Shown here: positions 47,776-59,569 of the stretch, piece after piece
How the letters are laid out: the number at the start of each line of letters is the position of its first letter
Position numbering within the stretch: the stretch's first letter is position 1
Virus record (IMG/VR): IMGVR_UViG_3300037606_000137
Coordinates: 46,381 to 110,380 of that record
DNA: 64,000 nucleotides
From: a virus
Strand: one strand, 5' to 3'
The notes under the pieces: generated by a model
What the model saw: only the letters and a program-made list of their open reading frames with translations
What the model was told of the DNA's origin: nothing
Database searches by the model: none
Position numbers and translations under genes: made by a program

Positions 47776-50055
47776 TTATAAAGAACAACCACCACTATCA
47801 CAGCCACTATCACTACCCATATCATCAACATTGTCTGATTTTTTATCATCTGTATTTGCATAATATAAAGTTTTTAATCCCATTTTATATGAATATAAAA
47901 TATCTTTAATTACACCACCTAATGATATACCCTCACTTGAATATTGATAATAATGGTTAGCACTTATAGATTGATCCATCCATTTTTGTATAACTGCTAC
48001 AATGTTTGTATAACCATCATTTGTTTTCATATCATATGCCATTTGATATTTATTTTTCAATTTTCTCATTTCAGGTAATACTTGTTTAACTAAACCTGAT
48101 TTTGATCGTTTAGATGTTATTAAACCTCTAGGTGGTTCAATTCCGTTTGTAGCATTTTGTATTACAGATGAACTTTCAGCTGGAAATTCAGCAGATAGTA
48201 CAGAATTTCTTAACCCGTGTAATTTTATATCTTTTCTTAATTTTTCCCAATCACACGAATGTTCTCTAGTTACAATTGTATCAACATTTTTATTATATCT
48301 ATCAATCGGTAAAACACCTTTACTATATGTTGTTTTATCGAACCATTCACATGCACCAAATTCTTGTGCTAATTTATTAGATGCTAATAATAATGAATAC
48401 TGGAAGTGTTCAAATAATTCATCAACTTTTTCTAAACTTTCACTATCAGTATATTTTAAATTCTGTTTAGCTAACCAATATGCAAAATTAGTAACACCAA
48501 CACCAATTGAACGTCTTTTTAACATTTTACGAGATGCATTAATTGGATAATCTTGATGTGTAATAACAAAATCTAAAATTCGAACCATATATTCAGAACA
48601 TTTATACAATTCTTCATTGTTTTTTATATTACCTAAATTATGTCCAGCTAAAACACATAAAGCAATTTCACCCTCAGATAAATGTTCTGTTGCAGGATTC
48701 CAATCAATATCATAAATACTTTTTAATGGTGAAACCGGTAATAAAATTTCTTGACATAAATTGCTCATTGTCAAATGATCAGTGAATGGTGAATTTTCAT
48801 TTACATTATCTATAAACATTGCATATATTCTACCAGTACCGATTCTTTCTTGTGCAAAAGCATTCATTAAATCACGAGCATTTACAGTTTTACGTTTGAT
48901 TTTTTTATTTGATTCATATTTGATATACAATTCGTCAAATTTATCATTATAACCAAAAACGTCATATAAACCTGGAACATCATTTGTAGAAAATAATGAT
49001 ATAGTTTTGTTTTCAATAAATCTTTGGAAAAATAATTTAGAAAATTGAATTGAATAATCAACATGTCTTACTCTATTATCGTCTGTACCTTTATTGTTTT
49101 TTAATACTAAAATATCTTCAATTTCTTGTGTCCACCATGGAAAATGTATTGTTGCGCCAGCTTTTCTAATACCACCTTGTGAACATGAATGTACTGATGC
49201 TTGTGCTTGTTTTAAAAATGGAACAATTCCTGTATGAATAACTTCACCACCACGAATCTCTGCACCTTCTCCTCTAATACGACCCATATTTAAACCTATT
49301 CCAGCTCGTTTAGCAACATATTTTGTAATTGCTGTATTCATACTTGTTATTGTATCTAAATCATCAGCAGAATCGATTAAAACACAACTACTATATTGTC
49401 TATTAGGTGTTCTTACTCCAGCCATTATTGGTGTAGGTAATGATATTTTTTGTGTTGATATTAAATCATAAGCTTCTTTAATATGATTAATTCTTGTATC
49501 AATTGGATAATTCATAAAAGATGTCATAGCAATTAGCATAAATGCATATTGTGGTGTTTCATAAATTGTTTTGCTTTTTCTATGTTGAACTAAATATTTG
49601 TCCATCAATTGCTGTAATCCAGCATATGTAAAATCATAATCTCTTTTATGTTTTAATACTAAATCTAATATAGATATTTCTTCAGATGTGTATTTTTCTA
49701 ATATGATTTTATCATATACTTCTCGTGAAACATTATCTGTTATTACTTTCCATAAATGCGGCATTTCTGTTTTTACTTCAAATACCTCTTTACGTAATAA
49801 GTAATTTAATAAATTACCCGCAACTATTTGATAATTTGGATTTTCTTCCGTAATTAAATCTACAGCCGATTGAATCAATACATTATGTATTTGACTAGTT
49901 TTCATATTAGCAAAAAACTGTATCTCTGCATTCATTGCTATATCACTTGCAGATACTCCATTTATTCCATCACACGCCCATAATAATACTTTATTTATTT
50001 TCTCTGCATCAAAGATCGTTTTTTCACCAGTTCTTTTTGTTACATTTAATTCCAT
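47776..50055 (-). CDS. nrdA: Class Ia ribonucleotide reductase alpha subunit with ATP cone
   Basis: VTKRTG, PTPIMAG, SSCVL, SNLCQEI, NATNGIEP, KTLYY and C-terminal CDSGGC. Confidence 0.97.
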   Translation of the reverse strand: MELNVTKRTGEKTIFDAEKINKVLLWACDGINGVSASDIAMNAEIQFFANMKTSQIHNVLIQSAVDLITEENPNYQIVAGNLLNYLLRKEVFEVKTEMPHLWKVITDNVSREVYDKIILEKYTSEEISILDLVLKHKRDYDFTYAGLQQLMDKYLVQHRKSKTIYETPQYAFMLIAMTSFMNYPIDTRINHIKEAYDLISTQKISLPTPIMAGVRTPNRQYSSCVLIDSADDLDTITSMNTAITKYVAKRAGIGLNMGRIRGEGAEIRGGEVIHTGIVPFLKQAQASVHSCSQGGIRKAGATIHFPWWTQEIEDILVLKNNKGTDDNRVRHVDYSIQFSKLFFQRFIENKTISLFSTNDVPGLYDVFGYNDKFDELYIKYESNKKIKRKTVNARDLMNAFAQERIGTGRIYAMFIDNVNENSPFTDHLTMSNLCQEILLPVSPLKSIYDIDWNPATEHLSEGEIALCVLAGHNLGNIKNNEELYKCSEYMVRILDFVITHQDYPINASRKMLKRRSIGVGVTNFAYWLAKQNLKYTDSESLEKVDELFEHFQYSLLLASNKLAQEFGACEWFDKTTYSKGVLPIDRYNKNVDTIVTREHSCDWEKLRKDIKLHGLRNSVLSAEFPAESSSVIQNATNGIEPPRGLITSKRSKSGLVKQVLPEMRKLKNKYQMAYDMKTNDGYTNIVAVIQKWMDQSISANHYYQYSSEGISLGGVIKDILYSYKMGLKTLYYANTDDKKSDNVDDMGSDSGCDSGGCSL

Positions 50056-50210
50056 ATGTAATTTTAATTTTTTTTTGAATTTTTTGTATAATTATATATT
50101 GTTAAGAAACCTAAAAGTTTTATTTATTATCACTGTATTATGTGTCCCGTTTTTTTATATATTTTTAAATCACTATTTAAATTTCATAAAATAAAAATAT
50201 ATTTTAAATT

Positions 50211-50248
50211 AAAAAACGACATAATATCATAGTATTATGTCGTTTTTT
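50211..50248. terminator. Intrinsic terminator
   Basis: AAAAAACGACATAATA-tcatag-TATTATGTCGTTTTTT. Confidence 0.8.
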
Positions 50249-50380
50249 ATATTTTTAATTGATAGTATTATTAATTCAATATGTGTAAAAAATGTATAAC
50301 ATTATTATATTGTATTAAATAATAATGTTTATTTTTAATGAAAAATAAAGTGGACACATATGATATATAAGTAAAAATAA

Positions 50381-52699
50381 TTAAAATATTATACTTGGTT
50401 TTAAATATTTAAATATTTTTACACCTGAATTTGGTATAACTAAAATTTCATTTTTAGTAATTTTTTCTTTTATTTCATTATGTTTCATTGGTTGTCTATG
50501 TTTAATAATATTTTCTTTTACCCAATAGTTCATTATACCACCTTTTGAATAACCAATAAATTCAAAATTTAAATTTGATAAACTGTTTCCTAAATTATGA
50601 TCATAATCAGAATAAAATTTTATTTCTTTTACATTAATTAGTTTTTTACCTATTTGTATAGTTTTATAATTTTGTAGAAAATGATTAAATAATTTAGAAC
50701 TACCACCAGTAACCGAATGATATTTTAAAGTACCAACTCTTATTACTTCAATAACACCGTCTTTTTTTGCAAAGAAATTATGTCCAAACGTATATAACAT
50801 AATTAAAGAACCTGCTTTTAAATCACATTTATCTTTTTTTAAAATTAATCCTAAATTTAAAGATGCTCCACGTTTACCATAAAAACAGTTTTCTTTTTCA
50901 AATGATCTAGCTGTTTTATTATCAATAATCTTAACTATACAATCACGAGCATAAATTTTATTGATAGTTTTATTTGCTGCATGTAATATATAAGATTTTA
51001 AAATATCTTTTTGATTTAAATTATCCCATTCAAAATCTTTAATCCAACATTTAAAAGAATTGTTTTTTTCGGCTTCAACTGATAATGAATAAAAATATTT
51101 TTTATCTATATCATTTAATGAATAATTAAAACTATCAATATAACATATTTCATATTTCATATTATTTTTTGTATAAAAACAATAATTATTATGTTCCATA
51201 AAATAATCAATATTATTATGTTCTAAAAATAATTTCATTTCATTATTATACAATATATGTTTATCTTGTAATGAATAAATAGTCGAACCAGAATCATATA
51301 TTTTATGATAATTAAAATTTATAATCTCAATATCATTATGATTATATTTTGTTTCAATATTGTCTTTAATATAAAGTTTTATATTTTGTTTATCATTAAA
51401 ATTTACATATTTATAATCTGGTAATTTATATTTAATAAAACAAAATTTAGTAGTATCTAAAAATATATTGTTATTATCATGTACATAATAATGATTAATT
51501 AAATTTAACTCTTTTATAAAAATATCAAATACAATATTATTATTATAATTACTATCACAATTGAAATCAATAATGTAATTATTATCAAATTCGATTGACG
51601 CAATTATATTATTATTGATTATTAATTCATTATTAATTATTTTATAATTTTGTATTGGTGAATAATTATTTTGAATATAATTTTTTAATTTTAATTTAAT
51701 ATCATTTTTATCATTTAACCAATCAGTTTCATAAATGTGATATAATTTAATATTTTTATTTATACAATTAATAGATTTATTAAAGTGAAAATCATTATCT
51801 TTATATTTATTACAATGCCAATAAACACCATTATACTCAATAGCTAAATTTATATCTTTACAATAAATATCTAAATGTTTACCATCTAATATAGTTTTAT
51901 TTGTTTGTTCACATATTGTATAATCAGATACATAGTTAAATATGTCTTGCTCAGCCCACGATATTTTATTATTAATAGGATTACATAAAATACAAGGACA
52001 AACATTGTATAACTTAGTTCTTTGATATAATAATTTATAAGTTGTTATGTAATCTTTATTACATATATTACATTTTATTTGTAATTTATTATCTGTAATT
52101 ATTTTAAAATTAAAAATATTATAATCTGTAGTTAATTTATTAGTATAAAAATCAATCCATTTTTTTTGTATTTTATTTTTAAAATAAATAGATTGATTAA
52201 AACTATCAGAACCGTATTTTTTATTATTAGTTGCTATTGTTTTTAATTTTATATCTGGATGTGCTAATGGCGATTTATTTCCATACCTTTCTAAATTTGT
52301 TATTAATTTCTTTTCTTGCACTTCAGGAACTAATAATGTATTTTTTACACCGTACCGATTCAAACATGTTTTTTTGTATTTATCTTTACCCTCTTGTGTT
52401 TCCATATAATTGTTACTACCATATAATTCATTACATGTTAAATTTGCTTTAACTCTTGAACATTTTTTACAACTATAAAAATTATACCTATTATAATTTT
52501 GAACATACTTATAATACATCAATTGCCTTTCATCTTTACATAAATCACAAACAGCTGTAATTTTATCATGTGAATTAATTGATATATCTTCAATCAATAC
52601 AACAGTTAATTCATCATCGTTTTTTACATAATTCTTATCTTCATAATATTTTTTATTGCGATTTGTAATATTAATTAATATTTCTTTTTCTTTTATCAT
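50381..52699 (-). CDS. Large homing-endonuclease-like protein (Zn motifs, xxYG repeats, Vsr-like nuclease domain and a second C-terminal module)
   Basis: TCLNRYG/TNLERYG repeats, LDIYCKDINLAIEYNGVYWH, YDSG, IYARDC...GGSSKLF...FYSD. Confidence 0.7.
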   Translation of the reverse strand: MIKEKEILINITNRNKKYYEDKNYVKNDDELTVVLIEDISINSHDKITAVCDLCKDERQLMYYKYVQNYNRYNFYSCKKCSRVKANLTCNELYGSNNYMETQEGKDKYKKTCLNRYGVKNTLLVPEVQEKKLITNLERYGNKSPLAHPDIKLKTIATNNKKYGSDSFNQSIYFKNKIQKKWIDFYTNKLTTDYNIFNFKIITDNKLQIKCNICNKDYITTYKLLYQRTKLYNVCPCILCNPINNKISWAEQDIFNYVSDYTICEQTNKTILDGKHLDIYCKDINLAIEYNGVYWHCNKYKDNDFHFNKSINCINKNIKLYHIYETDWLNDKNDIKLKLKNYIQNNYSPIQNYKIINNELIINNNIIASIEFDNNYIIDFNCDSNYNNNIVFDIFIKELNLINHYYVHDNNNIFLDTTKFCFIKYKLPDYKYVNFNDKQNIKLYIKDNIETKYNHNDIEIINFNYHKIYDSGSTIYSLQDKHILYNNEMKLFLEHNNIDYFMEHNNYCFYTKNNMKYEICYIDSFNYSLNDIDKKYFYSLSVEAEKNNSFKCWIKDFEWDNLNQKDILKSYILHAANKTINKIYARDCIVKIIDNKTARSFEKENCFYGKRGASLNLGLILKKDKCDLKAGSLIMLYTFGHNFFAKKDGVIEVIRVGTLKYHSVTGGSSKLFNHFLQNYKTIQIGKKLINVKEIKFYSDYDHNLGNSLSNLNFEFIGYSKGGIMNYWVKENIIKHRQPMKHNEIKEKITKNEILVIPNSGVKIFKYLKPSIIF

Positions 52700-52786
52700 A
52701 ATGCACCATATATACTATTTGTATATGTATATATTAATTAATATTAAATTGTTTAAACAACATAATAATAATTTTATATAATAATC

Positions 52787-54139
52787 ATGAATACAATCGA
52801 TTATAATATATTTGAACTAAATAGAAATAAAGAAGAATTATCTGAAACTGAAATTGAATATCTTAATACTTTGGATATTAAACAAATAGAATCATATATT
52901 ACATATTGTAATAGTAATTATAATTATTATAATGCTATTCAAACAGGATTAAAATTAATTCTTAATAGTATTTATGGTGCGTTTGGAAATGAATATTTTG
53001 TATGTTCTACAAAGGATATTGCTGGAGCAATTACAGCAATGGGTAGAGATGTTGTAAAATACATGGATAATATTAATGAAAAATATTGGTATGATTTTTG
53101 GCATTTAGATGAAGAATTACATGCGCATTTAGGAATAGATACGGCAAATGTGAAAGCTATTGATAATAGTTGGATCCATAGAGAATCAAAAACACCACAT
53201 TATGAAGAAGTGACGCAAACAGATATAGTTGATGGTGAATATCAGAGATTAGTACCAGTGTCTAATTATGTTGATACTGATTCATTGTTTGTTGGATTTC
53301 AGCCGGCAATGAATAGTTGTAATTGGACTGAAGATGAGCAAGATTTTGTATGGAAAATATGTAAATTTAGATTAGAAAAAATATTTAAAGCAAAATTAAT
53401 TGGTTATGCTAAAAAATACAAGGTTGAAAATTTACAAGAGTTTGAATTAGAGAATATAAATGAATCTGTATTGTTTGTTACAAAGAAAAATTATATTAAA
53501 CATGTTATATGGGAAGATGGTATGCAATATAATAGATTGACTAATATAACACCAAAAGGTGTTTCATTGATTAAAAAAGGAACACCAAATTTTGCACGGA
53601 CTAAAGTGATGGATATTATTAATTATATTTTTGATAATTCAAAAACATATAATATAAAGGATTTATTAAAATTTGTAAGAGATCTTAAGAAAGAATTTGA
53701 ATTAACAAGTATTGATGAGATTGCACCGACGGGAAACATTAATAATTATTGGTCTAGTAAATTATTTATAGATGGACAAACTATAGATGGACCTGGTATT
53801 GTTGAAGATAGAGAAGATTTAATTATGGGAAAACTTACATATTTTGTAATTAAATCTGCTGGTTTATATAATCATTTATTATACAAACATGCTGAATTAA
53901 TTAATGATTATGAAGTAATTCGACCGGGAACAAAAGTTAGAATTTATCCATGTATACATGAATTAAATGATAAATTTTGTTACATACCTGGTGCTTGTCC
54001 AATAGAGTTTGCACCACCAATAGATTATGATACATTATTTGAAACATCTGTATCAAATCAAGTTAATTATTATTTAAAAGCTTTGAATTTACCAATATTA
54101 AATAAAAGATTAAAAATAGTTATTTCATTATTTGATTAA
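52787..54139 (-). other. No minus-strand gene supported here; see the plus-strand polymerase call at the same coordinates
   Basis: No minus-strand ORF in the track over this interval. Confidence 0.05.
52787..54139 (+). CDS. Family-B DNA polymerase, C-terminal subunit only (split gp43-like)
   Basis: Motif B QTGLKLILNSIYGAFGN, motif C YVDTDS, KKNY and KGV; no exonuclease domain or motif A. Confidence 0.9.
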   Translation: MNTIDYNIFELNRNKEELSETEIEYLNTLDIKQIESYITYCNSNYNYYNAIQTGLKLILNSIYGAFGNEYFVCSTKDIAGAITAMGRDVVKYMDNINEKYWYDFWHLDEELHAHLGIDTANVKAIDNSWIHRESKTPHYEEVTQTDIVDGEYQRLVPVSNYVDTDSLFVGFQPAMNSCNWTEDEQDFVWKICKFRLEKIFKAKLIGYAKKYKVENLQEFELENINESVLFVTKKNYIKHVIWEDGMQYNRLTNITPKGVSLIKKGTPNFARTKVMDIINYIFDNSKTYNIKDLLKFVRDLKKEFELTSIDEIAPTGNINNYWSSKLFIDGQTIDGPGIVEDREDLIMGKLTYFVIKSAGLYNHLLYKHAELINDYEVIRPGTKVRIYPCIHELNDKFCYIPGACPIEFAPPIDYDTLFETSVSNQVNYYLKALNLPILNKRLKIVISLFD

Positions 54140-54191
54140 ATGAAATGAAATAATAATAATACATAAAATATATAAAAAGACAATAAATAAT

Positions 54192-55340
54192 ATGAACAAA
54201 AGAATAACATTTGAACCAGAATTTACAGATATTACATTATATCAGATTTTAGAAAAAGTACCAATGCATTCAGAATTAAATATTGTACAAGAATTAGATT
54301 TAAATAAATTTGAAACATTAATTAAAAAATATTTATCAAATACAACAGAATTAAATAAAACACAATTCACACAATTTACAGATGAACCTGGTAGTTTAAA
54401 CCCATTTTATACATTTAAAACTGTTTTAGGTGATAACATTGCAATATCATATGATTATACAGAATTAAAAAATCAAGAAGAAGATGAAGATTTAGATGAA
54501 GAATTGATGATTGATGAAATAATAAAACCAATAGTGAAAATTGAATCTAAAGCAGAAACATGTAATGAAATTACTATTTATTATAATGAATCAACATCTA
54601 GTATTGTTAAATCAATAATGGGTGAAATTAATGATTGTATTCATAATAATATTGAAACAAATTTATTTTATACTATTGGTCTTACTTCTTATGGTTTTAA
54701 TTTAGTAAAACAAGAAGTTAATCTTGTTGATATAGATGTTGAGTTAAATTATGGTTCTAGTTTTGTACCAGTATATGATGATATTATAAATAATTTAAAA
54801 ACTAAGTTCCATGGGTTAATTTTATTACATGGTGCACCAGGAACGGGGAAAACAACAATAATTAGAAAAATTATAAGTGAATTATGTAATACTAAAAAAA
54901 TTATTTATATTCCGGCATATATGATTGAACAAATAGCGAATCCAGAATTTATTACATTTATTCAAAAATATAAAGAATCTGTATTGGTATTAGAAGATGC
55001 AGAATTTGCATTACAATCACGTTCAGAAGAATATGGTGCACAAGCTGTATCTAATCTATTAAATATAACAAATGGTTTATTAAACGATGCGGTTAAGATA
55101 CAAGTTATTGCAACATTTAATATGAATAAAAAAGATATTGATTCTGCATTATTACGTCCAGGTCGTTTATTAAATGATTGGAAATTTAATAAATTGACAA
55201 TTGAAGAATCAAAAAAATTAGCTGATTCTTTAAAGAAAAAAATAGAAATTTCTGAACCAATGACAATTGCAGAAATTTATGCAGAAAAAACTGCGGTTAA
55301 AAATGTAAATACAGACAAAAAAAGAAAAATAGGATTTTAA
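54192..55340 (+). CDS. AAA+ ATPase
   Basis: HGAPGTGKT, VLEDAE, ATFN...IDSALLRPGRL. Confidence 0.9.
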   Translation: MNKRITFEPEFTDITLYQILEKVPMHSELNIVQELDLNKFETLIKKYLSNTTELNKTQFTQFTDEPGSLNPFYTFKTVLGDNIAISYDYTELKNQEEDEDLDEELMIDEIIKPIVKIESKAETCNEITIYYNESTSSIVKSIMGEINDCIHNNIETNLFYTIGLTSYGFNLVKQEVNLVDIDVELNYGSSFVPVYDDIINNLKTKFHGLILLHGAPGTGKTTIIRKIISELCNTKKIIYIPAYMIEQIANPEFITFIQKYKESVLVLEDAEFALQSRSEEYGAQAVSNLLNITNGLLNDAVKIQVIATFNMNKKDIDSALLRPGRLLNDWKFNKLTIEESKKLADSLKKKIEISEPMTIAEIYAEKTAVKNVNTDKKRKIGF

Positions 55341-55343
55341 TCT

Positions 55344-55655
55344 ATGGTTTATACATTAGATGATATACAACGATTAGATAAATTTAATGATTTATCACAA
55401 AGAGAATTGATTGAATTGATCGAAATATTACGTAATGAATTAAAATTTCAAATGTATAAACGTGATAATTCTCAATTTAGTGTACAAAATAATATAAATG
55501 TTTTAGAAAACAAATTAAATGAATGTGTTTCTTTAAATGAAAAATATAAAAAATCTATTCAACATTACTTTAAAATGTATGATCGTAAATTAACATTTAA
55601 AGAAAGATTATTTGGTAAAATTTATAATATTGTACGAGTAGACGACATCAAATAA
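55344..55655 (+). CDS. Hypothetical coiled-coil protein
   Basis: 103-aa ORF. Confidence 0.55.
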   Translation: MVYTLDDIQRLDKFNDLSQRELIELIEILRNELKFQMYKRDNSQFSVQNNINVLENKLNECVSLNEKYKKSIQHYFKMYDRKLTFKERLFGKIYNIVRVDDIK

Positions 55656-55692
55656 AATATATAAAAAAAGAAAATAAAAAACACTATTTAAA

Positions 55693-58600
55693 ATGGCTAA
55701 AAAAAAATATTCTATTAATGATTTTGCTGCACAATTAATGCGTACAAATCAAAACAGTATTGAATTATTAACAAAATTAGATCAATCGTTAAATAGTAAT
55801 GAATCATACATTACAGCAAAAAGTGTTGATGCTTCTGGTAAAGAAGTAAACACACAAATACCAACAGTCGGATTTTTTAAACAAAAGTTAGAACAATTAA
55901 CTAAAATGGTTAAAACTATGTCTGGTTTAGAAGGTGTTACATCATCTATACAAATTGATGATAATTCATTTAAGCGTATAATTACGGCAGATATTAATAA
56001 AGAGCCGAGTCAAATATCACAATTATCACCATTATCAGTTTTTAAAACATCACCTAATTGGATTTTCGATTCATTTTTAAATCCATTAATTAGTGTTGAA
56101 TTAGATTTAACAGGTCGTATTGAAGATAATACTAAAACAATTTTATCAAAAAGATTTATAGTTAAATTTGATAGAATTGTTTCTTTTGATGAAAACAATA
56201 ATGAAATTGTTGAGTTATCAACTAATGCTAAATTACGTTTAATAGAATTTGAACAAAAATATAAAGGTAAAAGTGATATTAATATTGTTGAGTTTGTTAC
56301 ATGGTTAGATAGTCCTGGATTAGTTAATAGTGTTGATGATACATTATTAGATCAAGATGAATTTAAAATTGAACCTAGTAGATTACAATATAAAGGTGAT
56401 TTTACAGTTAAAAATACAGAACTTGATACAATAAATAAAAAATTATGGTATGTATTAGATACATTAACATATTATGATGTTACTGATTTATCTACAACAC
56501 CAAATCCAACTGATTTAAAAATTGGTGATTTAATTAAAATAAATCCAGCTGTTTTAGGCGCATCATCAGCAACAGTTTATAGAGTTGTAGAAATATCTAC
56601 AATAACATCAGAATATAGAGTAAGATTTGAACAAGTGTTTGGACAAGAACCAATACCAGTTCGTAATAATGCTATTTCAATATATTCTGATATAATTCCA
56701 ACAAAAAATGTAAAAGTTAGTGTTGGTTTTGACGAATACTGCGTTTTATTTGTAAAACAATTAGATGATTTTAATAATATCGTTGGTTTAGATTGGTCTC
56801 CAGGTATTGGATTCCATACAAATGAATTACGATTAGATAATGAAACAGGTGAATTATTTTCTGACTATTATATTAATACTGTATATGATTATGGTATTGT
56901 ATTACAAGATCTTGTTGCAAAAAAAGTTCCTAATTATTATGGAATTAAACCAAATGCACCAGTATTAGATGATACAAATTTTAAAGTTGTACAAATTAAT
57001 GCACACTTAACACAAACAGTTGAAGCTGAAAAAATAAGAGATTTACATAATCAAAAAAATAATTTAATTTCTCAAATTTCTCAAATACAAACAACAGTAG
57101 AAAAACAAAATCGATTAATATCAACTACAGATTTTACATCTAATGCAGATAAAAAAAGAGCAGATGATCAATTAGTTACTTTACTATCTAAATTAGATGC
57201 AAGAAATAAATCAAAAACTACACTAATTACAGATATTTTAGCATCTAAAAAAGATTTAAATAAAATTGCTCCAATATTTCATATTAGAGGTTTTTATCCA
57301 ATGCCAGAAGCAATACAAAACACAAAAACAAAACCACAAGAAATTGTACAGTTTGAAGTATGGTATAGAAAATTATCTAAATCTGGTGATGAAAATCCAA
57401 TATTAACAATTACAGATATTAATAATATCGCAGCTCAAACTGCAAGTGTAAAAAATACAACAGCAAGCACAATTAAAAAACCTAAAGTTGTTAATGGTAC
57501 ATTCTCAAACTGGGTAAAATATAAATCAGACGCTCGTAAAAGAGTACAAGACCCAATTACTGGTGCATGGTTATGGGAACTTGAAGATGTAACAGATGCA
57601 AATACACCAAATATTAATCAAATAGATATACCTCTATTACCAGGTGAAAGAATCGAAATTAAAATTAAATCTCTATCAGAAGTCGGATGGCCCGAAACAC
57701 CAATCGAATCAGATTTTTCTAATACTCTTGCAATAAATTTTCCTGATGATTTAAATAAAGTTTTAAATGAAGATGAATTCATTCTTAAAGAAGCACAAGC
57801 AGATGATATGAAAGTGTCTTTTGATCGTGATTTAGAAGCACGTGGTTTAAACTTACACTTATCTACAGCTTTACGTGACTCAGATATTTATTACGCCCAC
57901 AAAGCCGATGCAATTGCCTCTGGATTTAAAGATAATAACGGAAAAATAATTAATCTATACGATCAATTATTAGCAATGATGTCACAAATTAATACATTAC
58001 AAGAAAATATAAATAGATCAAAAGGTATTCTTGAAGTGTATTTATTAAATAAAGGAAATCAAACTAAAATATTTAGTGGTAATAATCTATCATTCAATAT
58101 AAACTTAGAAGACTATATGATACCAACAAAAATTGGTTTAACATCAGCTCCAGTAGATTCAATCGCTCGTACATATAAAAATGAATTAATACTAATTAAT
58201 GACTTTCAACTAATTATTAAAAATGCAGCTCAAACAGCAGATCTTGGTATTCTTTCTTATAGAGGATATGGTCAACCAACAGGAAAACAACCATCAACTT
58301 TTGCGTATAATCATAACGGTTTAGCATCTAGAGTTCCTCAAGCATTATGGATCCAACCAGATTCAACAATGCTTTTAAACCAAATTACAGCAAATGCTAC
58401 AAGTGTAGTTGTTACACAAGCACCTGTATTTGCAACACAACAAGATAATCAATGGATATGGTTACAAACTGGTGATTTATCAGGTAATGATATTTATTTT
58501 AGAGATACAACACAACCAGATAATACATATTTTGGTGATACAGGTTTAGCAAATGGTGCATCAGGTGTTCATAAGTCATTAACAGAGAAAAAACATAATT

Positions 58601-59484
58601 TAGGATTTACAACTGGTCCAAATCAAATATTAGGTTCAAATCCAGGTAATGATATTACATCAATAACTAATCCTTTAAATTGGGAAATAAATGAAGATCC
58701 ATCAACAGTTGGTGGTGTCATTGGTAGCATGGGATCAACAATTCATCCAGTTATTAATGGATTTTCTGATATTATTGAAACATCTTCACAATTAATAAAA
58801 TTTATTAAACCAGGTGATACTAATAGTATTAATATACCAATCTATATTTATGCTAAACCATATACAGGTACAGGTTGTCATGTTACCGGTTCACCAAATA
58901 CCGAATTTAATGATGCTCTTACAATTCCTAGTATTGGTGGAAATATGCCATCAGTTCTTGCACTTGGTAATCTATCTAAAGATCCATCAACAAATAGATT
59001 AAGAATAAGTTTAACAGTAGGTTCAGGTAATATTATTAAAACAAATGATAAAATTATATTATCTGGCGTTACTGGATTATTATCTGATGTTAATGGTAAA
59101 ATATTAACTGTAACAAATTCAGCATCTAATATTATAACAGTTAATTACGATGCTAGTATTTTAGCATCAGGACAAATTGACGGTGGTAATATATTAATAG
59201 ATCAATTACATAAAAGATATAATAATACAACTGAGGGTACACAATTATTTAATTATAATGTATTAGGGAAAGTTGGTTCTGACAATAGATATGTTACTAA
59301 TTATGTAGAGATTGTTAATACTGGAACACCTACTGAAATAACACATAATAAAAAAATGCGTTTATTTTTAGAAGATGAAAATAATATTAGACCTTTTGAA
59401 TTTCAATTAAATTGGAATATTAAACAATATAAACCAACATTAATATTAGGTGCAAATATTTTACAAGCACAGAATAGAAATTAA
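55693..59484 (+). CDS. Large probable virion structural protein (tail/baseplate-associated)
   Basis: 1263 aa, beta-rich and G/T/N-rich with a central coiled coil; no enzymatic motif recognised. Confidence 0.55.
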   Translation: MAKKKYSINDFAAQLMRTNQNSIELLTKLDQSLNSNESYITAKSVDASGKEVNTQIPTVGFFKQKLEQLTKMVKTMSGLEGVTSSIQIDDNSFKRIITADINKEPSQISQLSPLSVFKTSPNWIFDSFLNPLISVELDLTGRIEDNTKTILSKRFIVKFDRIVSFDENNNEIVELSTNAKLRLIEFEQKYKGKSDINIVEFVTWLDSPGLVNSVDDTLLDQDEFKIEPSRLQYKGDFTVKNTELDTINKKLWYVLDTLTYYDVTDLSTTPNPTDLKIGDLIKINPAVLGASSATVYRVVEISTITSEYRVRFEQVFGQEPIPVRNNAISIYSDIIPTKNVKVSVGFDEYCVLFVKQLDDFNNIVGLDWSPGIGFHTNELRLDNETGELFSDYYINTVYDYGIVLQDLVAKKVPNYYGIKPNAPVLDDTNFKVVQINAHLTQTVEAEKIRDLHNQKNNLISQISQIQTTVEKQNRLISTTDFTSNADKKRADDQLVTLLSKLDARNKSKTTLITDILASKKDLNKIAPIFHIRGFYPMPEAIQNTKTKPQEIVQFEVWYRKLSKSGDENPILTITDINNIAAQTASVKNTTASTIKKPKVVNGTFSNWVKYKSDARKRVQDPITGAWLWELEDVTDANTPNINQIDIPLLPGERIEIKIKSLSEVGWPETPIESDFSNTLAINFPDDLNKVLNEDEFILKEAQADDMKVSFDRDLEARGLNLHLSTALRDSDIYYAHKADAIASGFKDNNGKIINLYDQLLAMMSQINTLQENINRSKGILEVYLLNKGNQTKIFSGNNLSFNINLEDYMIPTKIGLTSAPVDSIARTYKNELILINDFQLIIKNAAQTADLGILSYRGYGQPTGKQPSTFAYNHNGLASRVPQALWIQPDSTMLLNQITANATSVVVTQAPVFATQQDNQWIWLQTGDLSGNDIYFRDTTQPDNTYFGDTGLANGASGVHKSLTEKKHNLGFTTGPNQILGSNPGNDITSITNPLNWEINEDPSTVGGVIGSMGSTIHPVINGFSDIIETSSQLIKFIKPGDTNSINIPIYIYAKPYTGTGCHVTGSPNTEFNDALTIPSIGGNMPSVLALGNLSKDPSTNRLRISLTVGSGNIIKTNDKIILSGVTGLLSDVNGKILTVTNSASNIITVNYDASILASGQIDGGNILIDQLHKRYNNTTEGTQLFNYNVLGKVGSDNRYVTNYVEIVNTGTPTEITHNKKMRLFLEDENNIRPFEFQLNWNIKQYKPTLILGANILQAQNRN

Positions 59485-59569
59485 TTTTAATTATTTTTGA
59501 TAAAAGTTTTTTTTATTAAAAAAGATTTACTATATTTGTAATGTATTAACAAATTAAAAAATATAAAAT

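Larger units (their letters stand above)
3262..59538 (+). promoter_or_regulatory. Recurrent intergenic TATATTTG boxes (Bacteroidota -7 TAnnTTTG-type promoters) at 3262, 7212, 12507, 14109, 14547, 18374, 23372, 25282, 30086, 32282 and 59531
   Basis: The same octamer sits shortly upstream of plus-strand gene starts. Confidence 0.7.

Noticed and set aside
52787-54139. Intein at the start of the polymerase half-gene
   Set aside because: No IntC signature (block F or HN followed by C/S/T) precedes motif B.
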